Assembly (NCBI GenBank): GCA_051362555.1
Contig: CM120641.1
Span: forward strand, 32,494,401-32,558,400
DNA from: Lingula anatina
Taxonomy: Eukaryota > Animalia > Brachiopoda
Direction of reading: 5' to 3'
Length of the DNA stretch: 64,000 bases
In this document: one piece after another, positions 35,216 to 47,707 of the stretch
Layout: each line of letters opens with the position of its first letter
How positions within the stretch are numbered: position 1 is the first letter of the stretch
Program-made: the position numbers and the translations under genes
The notes under the pieces: model-generated
Told to the model about the DNA's origin: nothing
Database searches by the model: none
The model's input: the letters and a program-made list of their open reading frames with translations, nothing else

Positions 35216-36348
35216 AGGATAACTTCCATAAAAATTGCCCGATCTTGCTGATTTTCAAACTTGACCTGCATATTATGAATATTCATTAGTTCTGTAAGTT
35301 TCAAGCCAAATGAAAAAACTGTTTTCCACTTATTGTGTTATCAGTGCTGCATATATGCTGAAAAAAGTGAAAAAACAGCATAAATTCCCTAACAATAATC
35401 GAATCATGCTCATTTTCGAACTTGACTTGCGTATTATGAATATTTATCAGTTCTGCAAGTTTCAAGCCAAAAGGTAAATTGGTTTTCCACTTATGGTGTT
35501 ATCGGTGCTGCATATATGCTGCAAAAAAGTGAAAAAACAGCATAAATGCCCTAAAAATGACCCAATCATGCTGATTTTCGAACTTGACCTGTGTATTATG
35601 AATATTAATCAGTTTTGTAAGTTTCAAGCCAAAAGGTAGAATGGTTTTCCACTTATCGTGTTATCGGGGTTGCATATATGCTGAAAAAAGTGAAAAAACA
35701 GCATAAATTCCCTAAAAATGACCCGATCATGCTGATTTTCGAACTTGACCTGCGTATTATGAATATTCAGCAGTTCTGTAACTTTCAAGCCAAAAGGTAA
35801 AATGGTTTTTCACTAATCGTGTTATCGGTGCTGCATATATGCTGAAAAAAGTGAAAAAACAGCATAAATGCCCTAAAAGTGACCCGATCATGCTGATTTT
35901 CGAACTTGACCTGCGTATTATGAATATTCATCAGTTTTGTAAGTTTCAAGTCAAAAGGTAAAATGGTTTTCCACTTATCGTGTTATCAGTGCTGTATATA
36001 TGCTGAAAAAAGTGAAAAAACAGCATAAATTCCCTAAAAGTGACCCGATCATGCTGTTTTTCGAACTTGACCTGCATATTATGAATATTCATCAGTTTTG
36101 TAAGTTTCAAGTCAAAAGGTACAATGGTTTTCCACTTATCGTGTTATCGGTGCTGCATATATGCTGAAAAAAGTGAAAAAACAGCATAAATTCCCTAAGA
36201 GTGACCCGATCATGCTGATTTTCGAACTTGACCTGCGTATTATGAATATTCATCAGTTCTGCAAGTTTCAAATCAAAAGGCAAAATGGTTTTCCACTTAT
36301 CGTGTTATCGGTAAAAGTGCACGGCGACGGCGACGGCGACGGCGACAG

Positions 36349-36379
<31 letters not shown>

Positions 36380-36428
36380 AGACGCAGATGATGGCTATAT
36401 GTACAGACACATCTGTGTCTGTACATAA
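31708..36428 (-). mobile_element. Helentron-associated (HINE-like) composite element in a TDRKH intron
   Basis: Left end AACAAG + GGCAGC..GCTGTC hairpin + subterminal ATGTACAGACA; right end (GACGGC)n microsatellite + palindrome ATGTACAGACACA-TC-TGTGTCTGTACAT (36399-36426) + A run; internal satellite. Confidence 0.75.
34970..36312. repeat. Tandem array of a 161-bp satellite-like monomer (about 8 copies)
   Basis: ATGCTGAAAAAAGTG recurs at 35678, 35839, 36000 and 36161; copies degenerate leftwards. Confidence 0.92.
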
Positions 36429-36914
36429 AAAGAAAAAGAAAAAAAGAAAAAAAAAACAAAATCTTATCAATATTGCCATCCAATACACAAGGGTTCTTAA
36501 AAAATTCAAGGATCAAGTTTGTATTTCTTGATTACTTCTAGTTATAATCTATTCAAGCCACTAAATATAAACAAAAACCTGATTTTTTTGTATAAATTTA
36601 TCCATAAATCACTATATTTGGCTAAAACTATTTTTTTTTTCATATATACACTAAAAGTATTCATCATCAGAAATGAATATTTCACAAAAGCATGTTTATA
36701 ACAAAAATCCAGGTAAAAAGGTAACAAAAAGATGAATGAATGACACCGTTAATGCCAATAAACAGGTTTACAAGGGTATTTTTGTAATATCTTCTACCAT
36801 TAAAGAAAATAAATCACATTCTGATAAAGTGCAACTTTTAAAGTAATATAAGAAGGAAATAAGGATCGAAATGTTATTCCCAATGCCTAACAATAAACTT
36901 CACAATTGCCCTAC

Positions 36915-36982
36915 CTTGTACAGGTTCCACATTGGCTAGACTACACTCTACTGCTTGAAACGGTAGTTGTAGGAAGTCAGCT
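36915..36982 (-). CDS. TDRKH: TDRKH exon ADFLQLPFQAVECSLANVEPVQ
   Basis: DFL.LPFQA.EC.LA motif of extended Tudor domains; phase 2-1. Confidence 0.95.
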
Positions 36983-37550
36983 CTAAAAATAGATGATGGT
37001 TTTTCTCTCATCAAGAGGGCTATATATGATTAATCACCTGTTGGAAATGTCAGTTGTCTGATGAGTTCAGTCGACAGGTGGAATCTCAACAGGTGAGGCA
37101 AGGGCCTCAGTTCAACTGAACTTTCTACTTATCATAATGTTGTTGGTGAAAACGTAAATCATTTCCTAAGCTACTCGATGTTTTTTTTTTTTTATCCATG
37201 AGGCATGACGTTTTGCACATCATAAATACATGTGCAGTCATAAAGAATAAATTCACTTATTTATTAATTTTTATACAGGAGACAGTGACAAACCTTTTTT
37301 ACCAAAATTTTGTTCTTTGGTGTAAATAATTATTTTGAAAGCTGTTTAAATTTTGTGAATTAATGATATTCCATTTGGGCTGTAATGATATTCCATTAGG
37401 ACTTTCATTTTAAGCATAAAACATCACGAAGCTACATTTATATATATATGACCAAAACAAAGAAATATTTACAAAATATCCAAAACAAAATTTTAAAAAA
37501 AGTTTGTAAACAAAAGCATAAAAAGCAAAATTACACAGCAATGCACTTAC

Positions 37551-37726
37551 CGAAGTTTTCTCAGTTTTTCAACTGCCACATAAATGCTGTCACCAAAATC
37601 TACAAAATAGACATCATAGAGCCCTCCATCCATCTGTTGTACTACTCTAGCTCTATACCAGTTGTTGTCGTGTTCAAATGGAGCAGCCACCAGGTCTCCT
37701 AGCTGGACTGACATGCAGGTGCTGGT
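37551..37726 (-). CDS. TDRKH: TDRKH Tudor core exon (GDLVAAPFEHDNNWYRARV...VYFVDFGD)
   Basis: Tudor aromatic-cage motifs WYRA and FVDFGD; phase 0-2. Confidence 0.96.
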
Positions 37727-37942
37727 CTGAAGTGACAGGTATGGAAAAATTTATGATATAAATCATCTGATATTGATAAACATGTCCAAATGCCAGCCAC
37801 TAACTGATATAAGTGTAATTCAAACTGACTTTTCTACTGATAACATAGAAATCAGTTTCAAGTCCCACTCTTTTTAATATTTTTTTTCATACCCAGTTTG
37901 TAAATTAGGGTAGATCTTGGATTAAATTGGATCTTATGTTAC

Positions 37943-38139
37943 CTGAAGGTACTCTTCATCCCTGTAGTAAGCTGTCATGTCCTGTATAAGCCTGTCCAGC
38001 TGTGTGGACTGAGAAGAGATCATCTGGACCCAGAAATGTCCTGGATTCTCCACAGCGGACACATACACCTCCAGGTAGTGGTGGTGGTCTGGCCATTCTG
38101 TCACTGTGTACGGCAGAGAGGGGGCACACCATTCCAGTG
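37943..38139 (-). CDS. TDRKH: TDRKH exon (YLEVYVSAVENPGHFWVQ...QLDRLIQDMTAYY)
   Basis: N-terminal part of the extended Tudor domain of TDRKH; phase 1-0. Confidence 0.95.
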
Positions 38140-38714
38140 CTGGAGTGTAAAACAGGGAAATAGGTTTTTTTCATTTTCTTGAGCAATAAGGCTTTTAAAA
38201 CAGATTAGTTGTTTGCGATCAAATTTGTGATCGTGAACGCAAAATTAAAGACTAAAACGGCTATATCATGTTTTAAAAAGTCGGTCATGTTATCATGTAA
38301 TAGAGATTATCAGAAAGAAAATTTGAAGGACAACAACAAGGAGAATATATTATGCTGGATATGAGACTAACTCCCATCATCAAATGACTAGCCAAATAAT
38401 CTAGGTACTGAAATGGCTGAAAACCAACAGGGTTTCTTTTCTAGAGTGGCCACCATACTGAGAAGCCCTGTAGACCTGGTAAACCTCCGAGTCAATAATC
38501 CATCTCGCTTTCCAGAATAGTTGGGTCATTCATATTCCTGATCTACTGCACTGCCTAGACAAACCATAATCTTAATACAACCTGATAACCTTAAAATAAT
38601 TTAGTGGTAATTATGAAATAGTTTATTTTCATAACTGTAAGGTCAGATTATCAAATACCCTCTCCCAAACTCATTATTTAGACAACGATTGGCAGAAATC
38701 TACCAGGGGCTTAC

Positions 38715-38883
38715 ATTTATCTGAACCTGGCGGCCTCCTAGAGGGAAGTACTTGGTTTTGTCTGTCCATTTTCTGGCCCTGGGCTTGGTGTTCATGGCCC
38801 CGCTGCTGTGTCCGATGTGATGCATTCACAGCTAGTTGGGCTTGAAATCTGTCTTCTTCTGAAATCTTCTCTTGTATCAAGCT
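38715..38883 (-). CDS. TDRKH: TDRKH linker exon (SLIQEKISEEDRF...)
   Basis: End of the KH2 helix; GTAAGC donor; phase 0-1. Confidence 0.85.
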
Positions 38884-39417
38884 CTTCAAAAACACACATG
38901 TCAACGTTTCAAACAATAACAACAGTGCTTCCAATTTGAATGAATAAATTATTTTCTAAAATGATTTATCAACCCATTCATTAACAACACGTCAGTCATG
39001 TGACTGTAATTTTTTTGGCTTTTTTTTTCAATTGTTTTTATCTTAAAGGACTTGGTGCATTTTCAAGTCTGTAAATATATTCCGCATGCTGTGGTTATTT
39101 GTCAGTTGTAGCATGAGAATGAGATAGAAATAAAGTTGAGTGACCATCAAATATTGCACAAATTATCTATGTATGAAGTTTTTTATTTGAAAATATTAGA
39201 AATATTAAAATATATTGTTAGGGACATGTGAAAGACCAAAGTAACAGGCAGTAGATACATCTTTGCAAAGATATTGTGAGGTCACTGCTCAAAAATCTAA
39301 CCTTAACACAGAAATCAATTCAGTTCTAGGAGGCAGTAACATATGATTTAAAAGTTTTATTTTACAGCCAATGTTATAATCAACAATAATACATGAAGCC
39401 TGAAATCCAAAACCAAC

Positions 39418-39557
39418 CTTGGCATATTTTATCTGTTCTAAACTGCCTTTGATAGTGATCAGTCTCACTTCACTTTGATCTCTTGAGCTCTCTCTTTCAA
39501 CATCAATTTTGGCCTTGGATGTTCTGGAAATTCCTCTGACAGTCTCTCCTCTCCTGC
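39418..39557 (-). CDS. TDRKH: TDRKH KH2 exon (GRRGETVRGISRTSKAKIDV...ITIKGSLEQIKYAK)
   Basis: GxxG loop completed across the splice junction; phase 1-0. Confidence 0.93.
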
Positions 39558-40268
39558 CTATAAAAAAATTAGAAGAATTATAAGGCTTAAGCCCTTTTCA
39601 CATCCTGCAGTATACTTAGAGATACAGTCTGTATCAGTTCACTTTGAGAGATCAACTAAACTTTGATAGCCTGGCTATTACACTATATGAACACAACAGA
39701 GTCACAAACAAACCTTTCATACTGGCAGTGGATAACTGATTAACTAAAAAGTAGCAAACTTGTACAGAACTTGTGAAAGGTAGTTCAACCCCCTGTATCA
39801 TAATTTTCATGTCAGGACCCTTCAAAATACCACCAATACAAATTGTATTGCTAATTACATACACTGTGGCACTCGAAAAGAGCCTTACATGTGATTATGT
39901 TTATAAATACTAAACAGTATACAACATGAATGAATGAGGTCATAACTGTCATTCTATGTAGAAGGCATGAAGAAAACTACAGGGCCAAAAGAGCCTCCAA
40001 GAAGGCCATTAAAAAACTTTAAAAATATAAGGAGTCTCAGATTTAATTGAAATTATAAACACCACCTTCCCTTCTGAATAAAACCTTCTGAATAAAACTA
40101 TCTAGAATTTTCCATCAAAGATATCTTGACCACGGACTAAAAGACAAACAAAAACTGATGAAAACACACACTCCTTGGTAAAGATACAAAGAAGATGGAG
40201 ACAGGTGGACAGGCTTTAGAAAACAAACCTGAGGTTTTACAATGCTGTCTATGCTGCAGCACACTTAC

Positions 40269-40470
40269 CAATGATCCTCCCTACTGCTTTCTGAGGAACA
40301 TACATTTCCTCCACTAACTGAACTGGCTGGGCAGCAATCAGTTTTCTTATCATGAGCTCAGCCAGCTGCGCATTCTCTGGGCTTCCTCGGACAATAGCAA
40401 TGCGCTCAGCATTCTCTGTTGGACCAACGTCATCCTTGAAGTTAATCCTTGTGCCACTTTTCTCCTGAAC
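40269..40470 (-). CDS. TDRKH: TDRKH KH1/KH2 exon (VQEKSGTRINF...VPQKAVGRII)
   Basis: KH motifs; GTAAGT donor; phase 0-1. Confidence 0.94.
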
Positions 40471-40806
40471 CTTAAAGAAAAAGGAGAATATATTCTCTAA
40501 ATCTGCATTTGTATTTCACTTGAAATAAATACTTAGGTGGGTATTTTTTTCCTGCAACTAAGCATGACTCTCATGCTCATATCCCAAAGTATCATGTCAT
40601 CAAACAGTAAAACTTCTTTAGATGTTAATGTCATTTCACCATAATTCTTATTGTCATTTGTTTCACATCCTTGACATTATAACAAGCTAAACCTTTAAAT
40701 CTCTAGTCTTCAACATCTCTGACATCATGTAATTATAAGGAACAATTTACCACACATACTAGCTGCAATCTAACAGATATCAGGTCACACCACCACAAAA
40801 TATTAC

Positions 40807-40925
40807 CTCTTTAATCTGAGCCCCTTGCCTGCCTATGACAGCGGCCACTGCCTCCCTGGGGACCTTGACTTCAATCACAGTCTGTCTGGAAGTCACTATT
40901 TGCTCCTGCTCAAGAGTGTCCTCAT
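40807..40925 (-). CDS. TDRKH: TDRKH KH1 exon (IEVKVPREAVAAVIGRQGAQIKE)
   Basis: VP...V..VIGRQG..IK KH signature; phase 1-0. Confidence 0.95.
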
Positions 40926-41143
40926 CTAAAATACAAAAGAGAAATAGACATAAAAATTTTACAAAAAATGAAGTAATATTCAAAGTTCATAATATATGCA
41001 ACTTATTGTTGCAGCCATACCAATGGCATAAAATAATTATCATCTACCTGATTTTTCATTAATGAAAAATGCTTATTTAATGATCCTATTCCTTAGTTAA
41101 AGTGGCAGAGAAGATATCATTACGACTTTCCTTAAGTTTGTAA

Positions 41144-44100
41144 AACAAGGCAGCAAAGCTGTCAAATGTACAGACAAAAAGCAGGAAATAACAAAAAGGC
41201 TACTGTCAATTCTGATGCAAAAGTACATTATGTTAAACTGCAAATTCAACATCAGATTCTAATTATGCTCAACAGGTAATACCAATGTAAGTAAAATGTG
41301 TAACAAACATAAGGCTTCAGGCCCTTGGGAGTTCAAGTTCACCCTTTGAAAATGTAAAACTTCCAGAAAAAGAAGTCAATTAGTTTGCTTTTCCAACTCA
41401 GGCTGCATTTTAGTCCTGTATTTCTTTTTTGAAAGTTTTGGCAATCATAAGTAACATGGTTTTCCCATAATGGTCATCATGGCAGCAGCACCCAAAATTG
41501 TGTTTTTTTCTATTCTGATGCAATATTACATAATGGTTACCAGCATAATGACAATCAATTTTTAATAATAAAATATACGTATCATGGATTTTCAGAAAAT
41601 GTGACAAGCATGGGTCTTCAAGCCTGTGGAACTTCAAAGTCACACCTTGAAAATGCCAATATGTGAAAAATTAAAATTTCACAAAAAAACTGTTTAACTG
41701 GCAGATTGCATTGCCTACTGAAGCTATATTTTAGTCCCATGTTTCTTTCCTGTAAGTTTGAGAACAGTAAGTGACATGGTTTTTCTTAAATGGTCATCAT
41801 GGGAGCAGTGCCCAAAATAGGTTTTTTTTTCAAATTTTGATGCAATATTACATAATGTTTAACAGCATAATGACCATCAATTTTTAATAATAAAATATTA
41901 GTATCATGGATATTCAGAAAATGTGACTAGCAAAGGTCTTCAGGCCCATGGAACTTCAAAGTCACAACTTGAAAATGCCAAAATGTAAACAAGACAGCAC
42001 TGTTCTGAAATGTTTTTTTTTCCATTTTTAACACTTTTTTAACATAAAACAAAATTAATAGGTTACTGCCATTTTTATATGATCAACTAAGAAAATTGAT
42101 GAGATGTGAAAAATATCAATAGAACAGTGTTAAATGTCCAATTTCTTCCATTCTGAGATTCTGAACATAGTGAATGATTGAATCTGACAAACTGCAATGA
42201 TATGAGTTTATTTCCATTTTTGAAACTTTATTACACAATACACGATAACAAATTAACCATCATTTTTACAAAATCAACTAACAATGTTGTAAAGATGCAG
42301 GAAATGTCAAACAAACACTTTAAATATCTTATTAATTAAATAATGAAACTGTCAACATGCCTAAGAATTGAATCTGAGAAAATGTGAAAAAACAACATAA
42401 CTTCTAAAATAATGGCCCAATTATGCTGATCTTTTAACTCAACCTGCGTTTTAGAAGGATTGACCACTCCTGTGAGTTTAATGAAATTGACCTATCTGTT
42501 TTTCTTATATTGTGTTTACAGTGTTGCATATATGCTGAAAAGTGAAAAAACAAGGCAGCAAAGCTGTCAAATGTACAGACAAAAAGCAGGAAATAACTAT
42601 GCACAAAATAGGCTACTGTCAATTCTGATGCAAAAGTACATTATGTTAAACTGCAAATTCAACATCAAATTTTAATTATGCTCAACAGGTAATACCAATG
42701 TAAGTAAAATGTGTAACAAGCCTAAGGCTTCAGGCCCATGGGAGTTCAAGTTCACACTTTGAAAATGTATAACTTCCAGAAAAAGAAGCCAATTAGACTA
42801 CTTTTCCAACCCAGGCTGCATTTTAGTCCTGCATTTCTTTTTTGACATTTGGCAATCATAAGTAACATGGTTTTCCCATAATGGTCATCATGGCAGCAGC
42901 ACCCATAATTGTTTTCTTCTATTCTGATGCAATATTACATATTGGTTAACAGCATAATGACCGTCAATTTTTAATAATAAAATATACGTATCATGGATTT
43001 TCAGAAAATGTGACTAACATGGGTCTTCAAGCATGTAGAACTTCAAAGTCACACCTTGAAAATGCCAATATGTGAAATATGCTGAAAAGTGAAAAAAAGC
43101 ATGACTTCTACAATAATGGCCCAATCATGCTGATTTTCGAACTTGACCTGCGTTTTATGAATATTCATCAGCTCTGTAAATATAAAGCCCAAAAGTAAAA
43201 CTGCCTTCCACTTATCGTGTTTACAATGAAAGTGCAAGGCGCCGGTGACGGCGGTGACGACGAAGACAGACGCAGGTGATGGCAATATGTACAGACACAT
43301 TTTTGACACATCTGTACATATTTACTGTACTGTTTGAGAACAGTTAGTGCCATGGTTTTTCTTAAATGGTCATCATGGGAGCAGTGCCCAAAGTAGGTTT
43401 TTTTCAAATTTTGATGCAATATTACATAATGTTTAACAGCATAATGACATTCAATTTTTAATAATAAAATATTAGTATCATGGATATTCAGAAAATGTGA
43501 CTAGCAAAGGTCTTCAGGCCCATGGAACTTCAAAGTCACAACTTGAAAATGCCAAAATGTAAACAAAGACAGCACTGTTCTGAAATGTTTTTTTTGCCAT
43601 TTTTAACAATTTTTAACATAAAACAAAATTAACAGCTTACTGCCATTTTTATATGATCAACTAAGAAAATTGATGAGATGTGAAAAATATCAATAGAACA
43701 GTGTCAAATGTCCAATTTCCTCCATTCTGAGTTTCTGAACATAGTGAATGATTGAATCTTACAAACTGCAATGATATGAGTTTATTTCCATTTTTGAAAC
43801 TTAATTACACAATACACGATAACAAATTAACCATCATTTTTACAAAATCAACTAACAATGTTATAAAGATGCAGGAAATGTCAAACAAACACTTTTAATA
43901 TCTTATTAATTACATAATGAAACTGTAAACATGCCTAAGAATTGAATCTGAGGAAATGTGAAAAAACAACATAACTTCTAAAATAATGGCCTGATTATAC
44001 TGATTTTTTAACTCAACCTGCGTTTTAGCAGGATTGAGCACTCCTGTGAGTTTAATGACAATTGGCCTATCTGTTTTTCGTATATTGTGTTTACAGTACG

Positions 44101-45412
44101 TGTTGCATATATGCTGAAAAGTGAAAAAAAAGCATAACTACTAAAATAGTGGCCTGATCATGCTGATTTTCGAACTTGACCTGCGTTTTAGTAAGATAGA
44201 TTACTCCTGTGAGTTTCATGACAACAGGCCTATCGCTTTTCCTTGGAATGTGTTTACAGTGTTGCATATATGCTGAAAAGTGAAAAAAAAGCATAACTTC
44301 TACAATAATGGCCCGATCATGCTGATTTTCGAACTTGAACTGCGTTTTATGAATATTCATCAGCTCTGTACATATAAAGCCAAAAAGTAAAACTGCCTTC
44401 CACTTATCTCGTTACAATAAAAGTGCAAGGCGCCGGTGACGGCGGTGATGGCGACGAAGACAGATGCAGGTGATGGCAATATGTACAGACACATCTATAT
44501 ATATATATTTACTGTATTGTTTGAGAACAGTAAGTGACATGGTTTTCTTAAATGGTCATCATGGGAGCAGTGCCCAAAATAGGTTTTTTTCAAATTTTGA
44601 TGCAATATTACATAATGTTTAACAGCATAATGACCATCAATTTTTAATAATAAAATATTAGTATCATGGATATTCAGAAAATGTGACTAGCAAAGGTCTT
44701 CAGGCCCATAGAACTTCAAAGTCACAACTTGAAAATGCCAAAATGTAAACAAGACAGCACTGTTCTGAAATGTTTTTTTCCCCATTTTAAACAATTTTTA
44801 ACATAAAACAAAATTAACAGTTTACTGCCATTTTTATATGATCAACTAAGAAAATTGATGAGATGGGAAAAATATCAATAAAGCAGTGTTAAATGTCCAA
44901 TTTCTTCCATTCTGAGATTCAGAACATAGTGAATGATTGAATCTGACAAAGTGCAATGATATGAGTTTATTTCCATTTTTGAAACTTTATTACACAATAC
45001 ATGATAACAAGTTTACCATCATTTTTACAAAATCAACTAACAATGTTGTAAAGATGCAGGAAATGTCAAACAAAAACTTTTACATATCTTATTAGTTTAA
45101 TAATGAGACTGTTAACATGCCTAAGAATTGAATCTGAGGAAATGTGAAAAATATGCTGAAAAGTGAAAAAACAGCATAACTTCTACAATAATGGCCCGAT
45201 CATGCTGATTTTCGAACTTGACCTGCGTTTTATGAATATTCACCAGCTCTGTAAATATAAAGCCAAAAATTAAAACTGCCCTCCACTTATCGTGTTTACA
45301 AGGAAAGTGCACGGCATCGGCATCGGCATCGCCATCGCCATCGGCATCGGCATCGGCGACGACAGACGCAGGTGATGGCAATATGTACAGACACATCTGT
45401 GTCTGTACATAA
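41144..45412 (-). mobile_element. Nested/concatenated HINE-like elements of the same family in a TDRKH intron
   Basis: AACAAGGCAGCAAAGCTGTCAAATGTACAGACA at 41144 and 42549; microsatellite/ATGTACAGACAC ends near 43290, 44485 and 45383-45410; internal blocks repeated from about 41757, 43333 and 44521. Confidence 0.8.
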
Positions 45413-45572
45413 AAATGCATGATCTCAGATAAACACTATAAAGGAAAATACTGACTCAAAACAGCATGCAAACCTTACAATAAAGAGAATCAAATTTCAT
45501 GGACCATTAATATCAGAGAACTGGGGGGGGGGGTTAAATTGTATAGTAGGGAAGAAGCAAAGGGTTCCTCAC

Positions 45573-45669
45573 CTTCTTCCCCCCTCTTGAGCAGCATATA
45601 GAGCAGCAGACCAGTGACTGGTACAGCTACCAGCAATGCCAGCTTCTGTACAGACGGCCACTGGAACAT
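45573..45669 (-). CDS. TDRKH: TDRKH first coding exon MFQWPSVQKLALLVAVPVTGLLLYMLLKRGEE (N-terminal membrane anchor)
   Basis: Hydrophobic segment followed by basic residues, as in the TDRKH/Papi mitochondrial anchor; GTGAG donor; acceptor at 45727. Confidence 0.88.
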
Positions 45670-47707
45670 TATCACAGCTCAGATGACATCTGTTGAATAC
45701 AGGGACCAAACTGCTGTAGCATCATTCTGAAAGAAACGGAATAAAATCAATGTTTATTATCGTATGGTATTTCTCTGTGGTGGTTTATTTCCCTATGTAG
45801 TTAGCTAGATAATTATTATGTGAAAAAGTGTTGTACCATTAATTATTAATATTTCTTGCAACAAATTAAGGAACTGGTTCCTTCTTGTTATAATCATAAA
45901 TCTATCCCGTGTGCCAGCTCCATTAAGCTGAGTCAATACATTACATAATCAAGCTGGCTGTTCCCACATGATATAAAAAAAATAGAATTGAGCAGTCATG
46001 TTCTCCTAGCCCAATAAACCACAACTATCTGTAGTAACTGATATGTTTCAAACTTAAAATTATTGTAACTGAAACATTTTCCATTACAACTGGTTAAAAT
46101 ATGCTATTGCATTGCCTCTAGTATATTTAATTCTTGATCCCGCAGCCCTTGAAACACTGCAGTGGTGCTTATTGTCTAAATAAATAATGCTGGAATGACA
46201 TATTTCTGGATTTCCACAGCAACCTCTTGAAAATACTGATAAATTGCTCTTATTCAGCATTTTTTTGCTACTATTCTCAGTCTCTTTTCAAATATTTTTG
46301 ATCCTACATTACTTAAACAGTATGCCTACCAGTACAGTTTCAGAATCCTAAATAATCTAAAGAACAATCTAATGTCAAAATAACTTCCACATCTAAATCT
46401 AAACAACCTGATAATCTATTAACTAATTAACTGCAGATATCTATCATTTTTACCCAGTTTGTTTGATATATTCCCATGTCTGCAGAGTTACTTCAAACCA
46501 TGAAACACCAGTTATGAACCCCCAAGTTATATCATACCGCTATATATAGCCTACCTTATACTGTACTTCATGTAAGTATGCATCCTATAGGTCTGCCAGC
46601 ATGACTCAGGATGTTTACAGTAGATCATATATTTTTAGTCTCTGATTTTGATTCCATTCAGGTAAGTACTTTGTATTAGAATAAAAAAAATGTCTATCTA
46701 AGCTGCTTGACCAGAGAGATAAGGGGTGAGAGGGACTGTGTGCGTGCGCGCGCGCGTGTGCGTGCGTGTGCGTTGGGAGAGGGGTTAGAGTGCCATTTCT
46801 GCCATTTTTATGGCATTATGATCTATATTACTTCAAGCCAAATGTCACAGGTTAACATCTCAGTGGCACTGTGTATGTACAGTTTATATGTCTCAGGTAT
46901 GCACAACGGTATTTGTTCAAGTAATCAAACAAAAACAGATATGGCAACTTCATCAAACTGAGAATCTTTCTGAAAGATTACACTCTTGGAGCGTAAGGGA
47001 AGGGAACCTAATAACTGAAAAGTTTAAAGTTGTTGCCACCATGACAATGAATTAAGTTCTTATCCCACCTAGAAATTGTCTTACAAAATACAATTTTATT
47101 CTATGGCAAAAAAATGGGCTTGCTTTGAGTCATTTACTAAAGAAAGACATGTAATTCGATAGAGTTAATTTATATATGCAATATTGTATAAATCAGTGAC
47201 TGGATTTTCAAAAAAAGAATGTGACATATCTTAATCCATCATTGCTCTGGTGATCCATTAGTGATCAGCAGATGTTCTCAGAAGAAGAAATGATTATACT
47301 TTATCGAGCTAGGCAATGCTGTAACCACAAGACACTTAGTATGAGATTTTCCAAAATTGTATATCAGTTGGCAACAAAAGGCCAAGACTTTTCAGCTGTG
47401 TGTGACAATGACCATGAACTACAAAGGGCAGAAGGTATAAAATGAACGTTTAAGCAATGTTTTCCATGTTTCATGGCATACAAATCTTTCTTTGGAGCTT
47501 ATAAAAAACAAAAACTCCTTTTATTAATTGAAAATATTGCCTACACCATACCCTTTTTAGACCTGAAGAATTTATCTATTGAATGAATGCTATGAGTGAA
47601 ACCTTGTCAACTTTTTTTGATGCACTTGAAAAATCTGCTGAGATAATGCTGTTAGTGGCCAGTTATTAATAGGTACCCATTTGCCTGCTCTAACATAGCT
47701 ATGTATA

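Noticed and set aside
34970-36312. Regularly spaced repeats as a CRISPR-like array
   Set aside because: Whole 161-bp units repeat with no unique spacers, there are no cas genes, and the context is a eukaryotic intron
36161-36516. ORFs with poly-Arg, DG and SP repeats (also 45121-45420, 43049-43309, 59509-59727)
   Set aside because: Translations of the HINE microsatellite and satellite monomer
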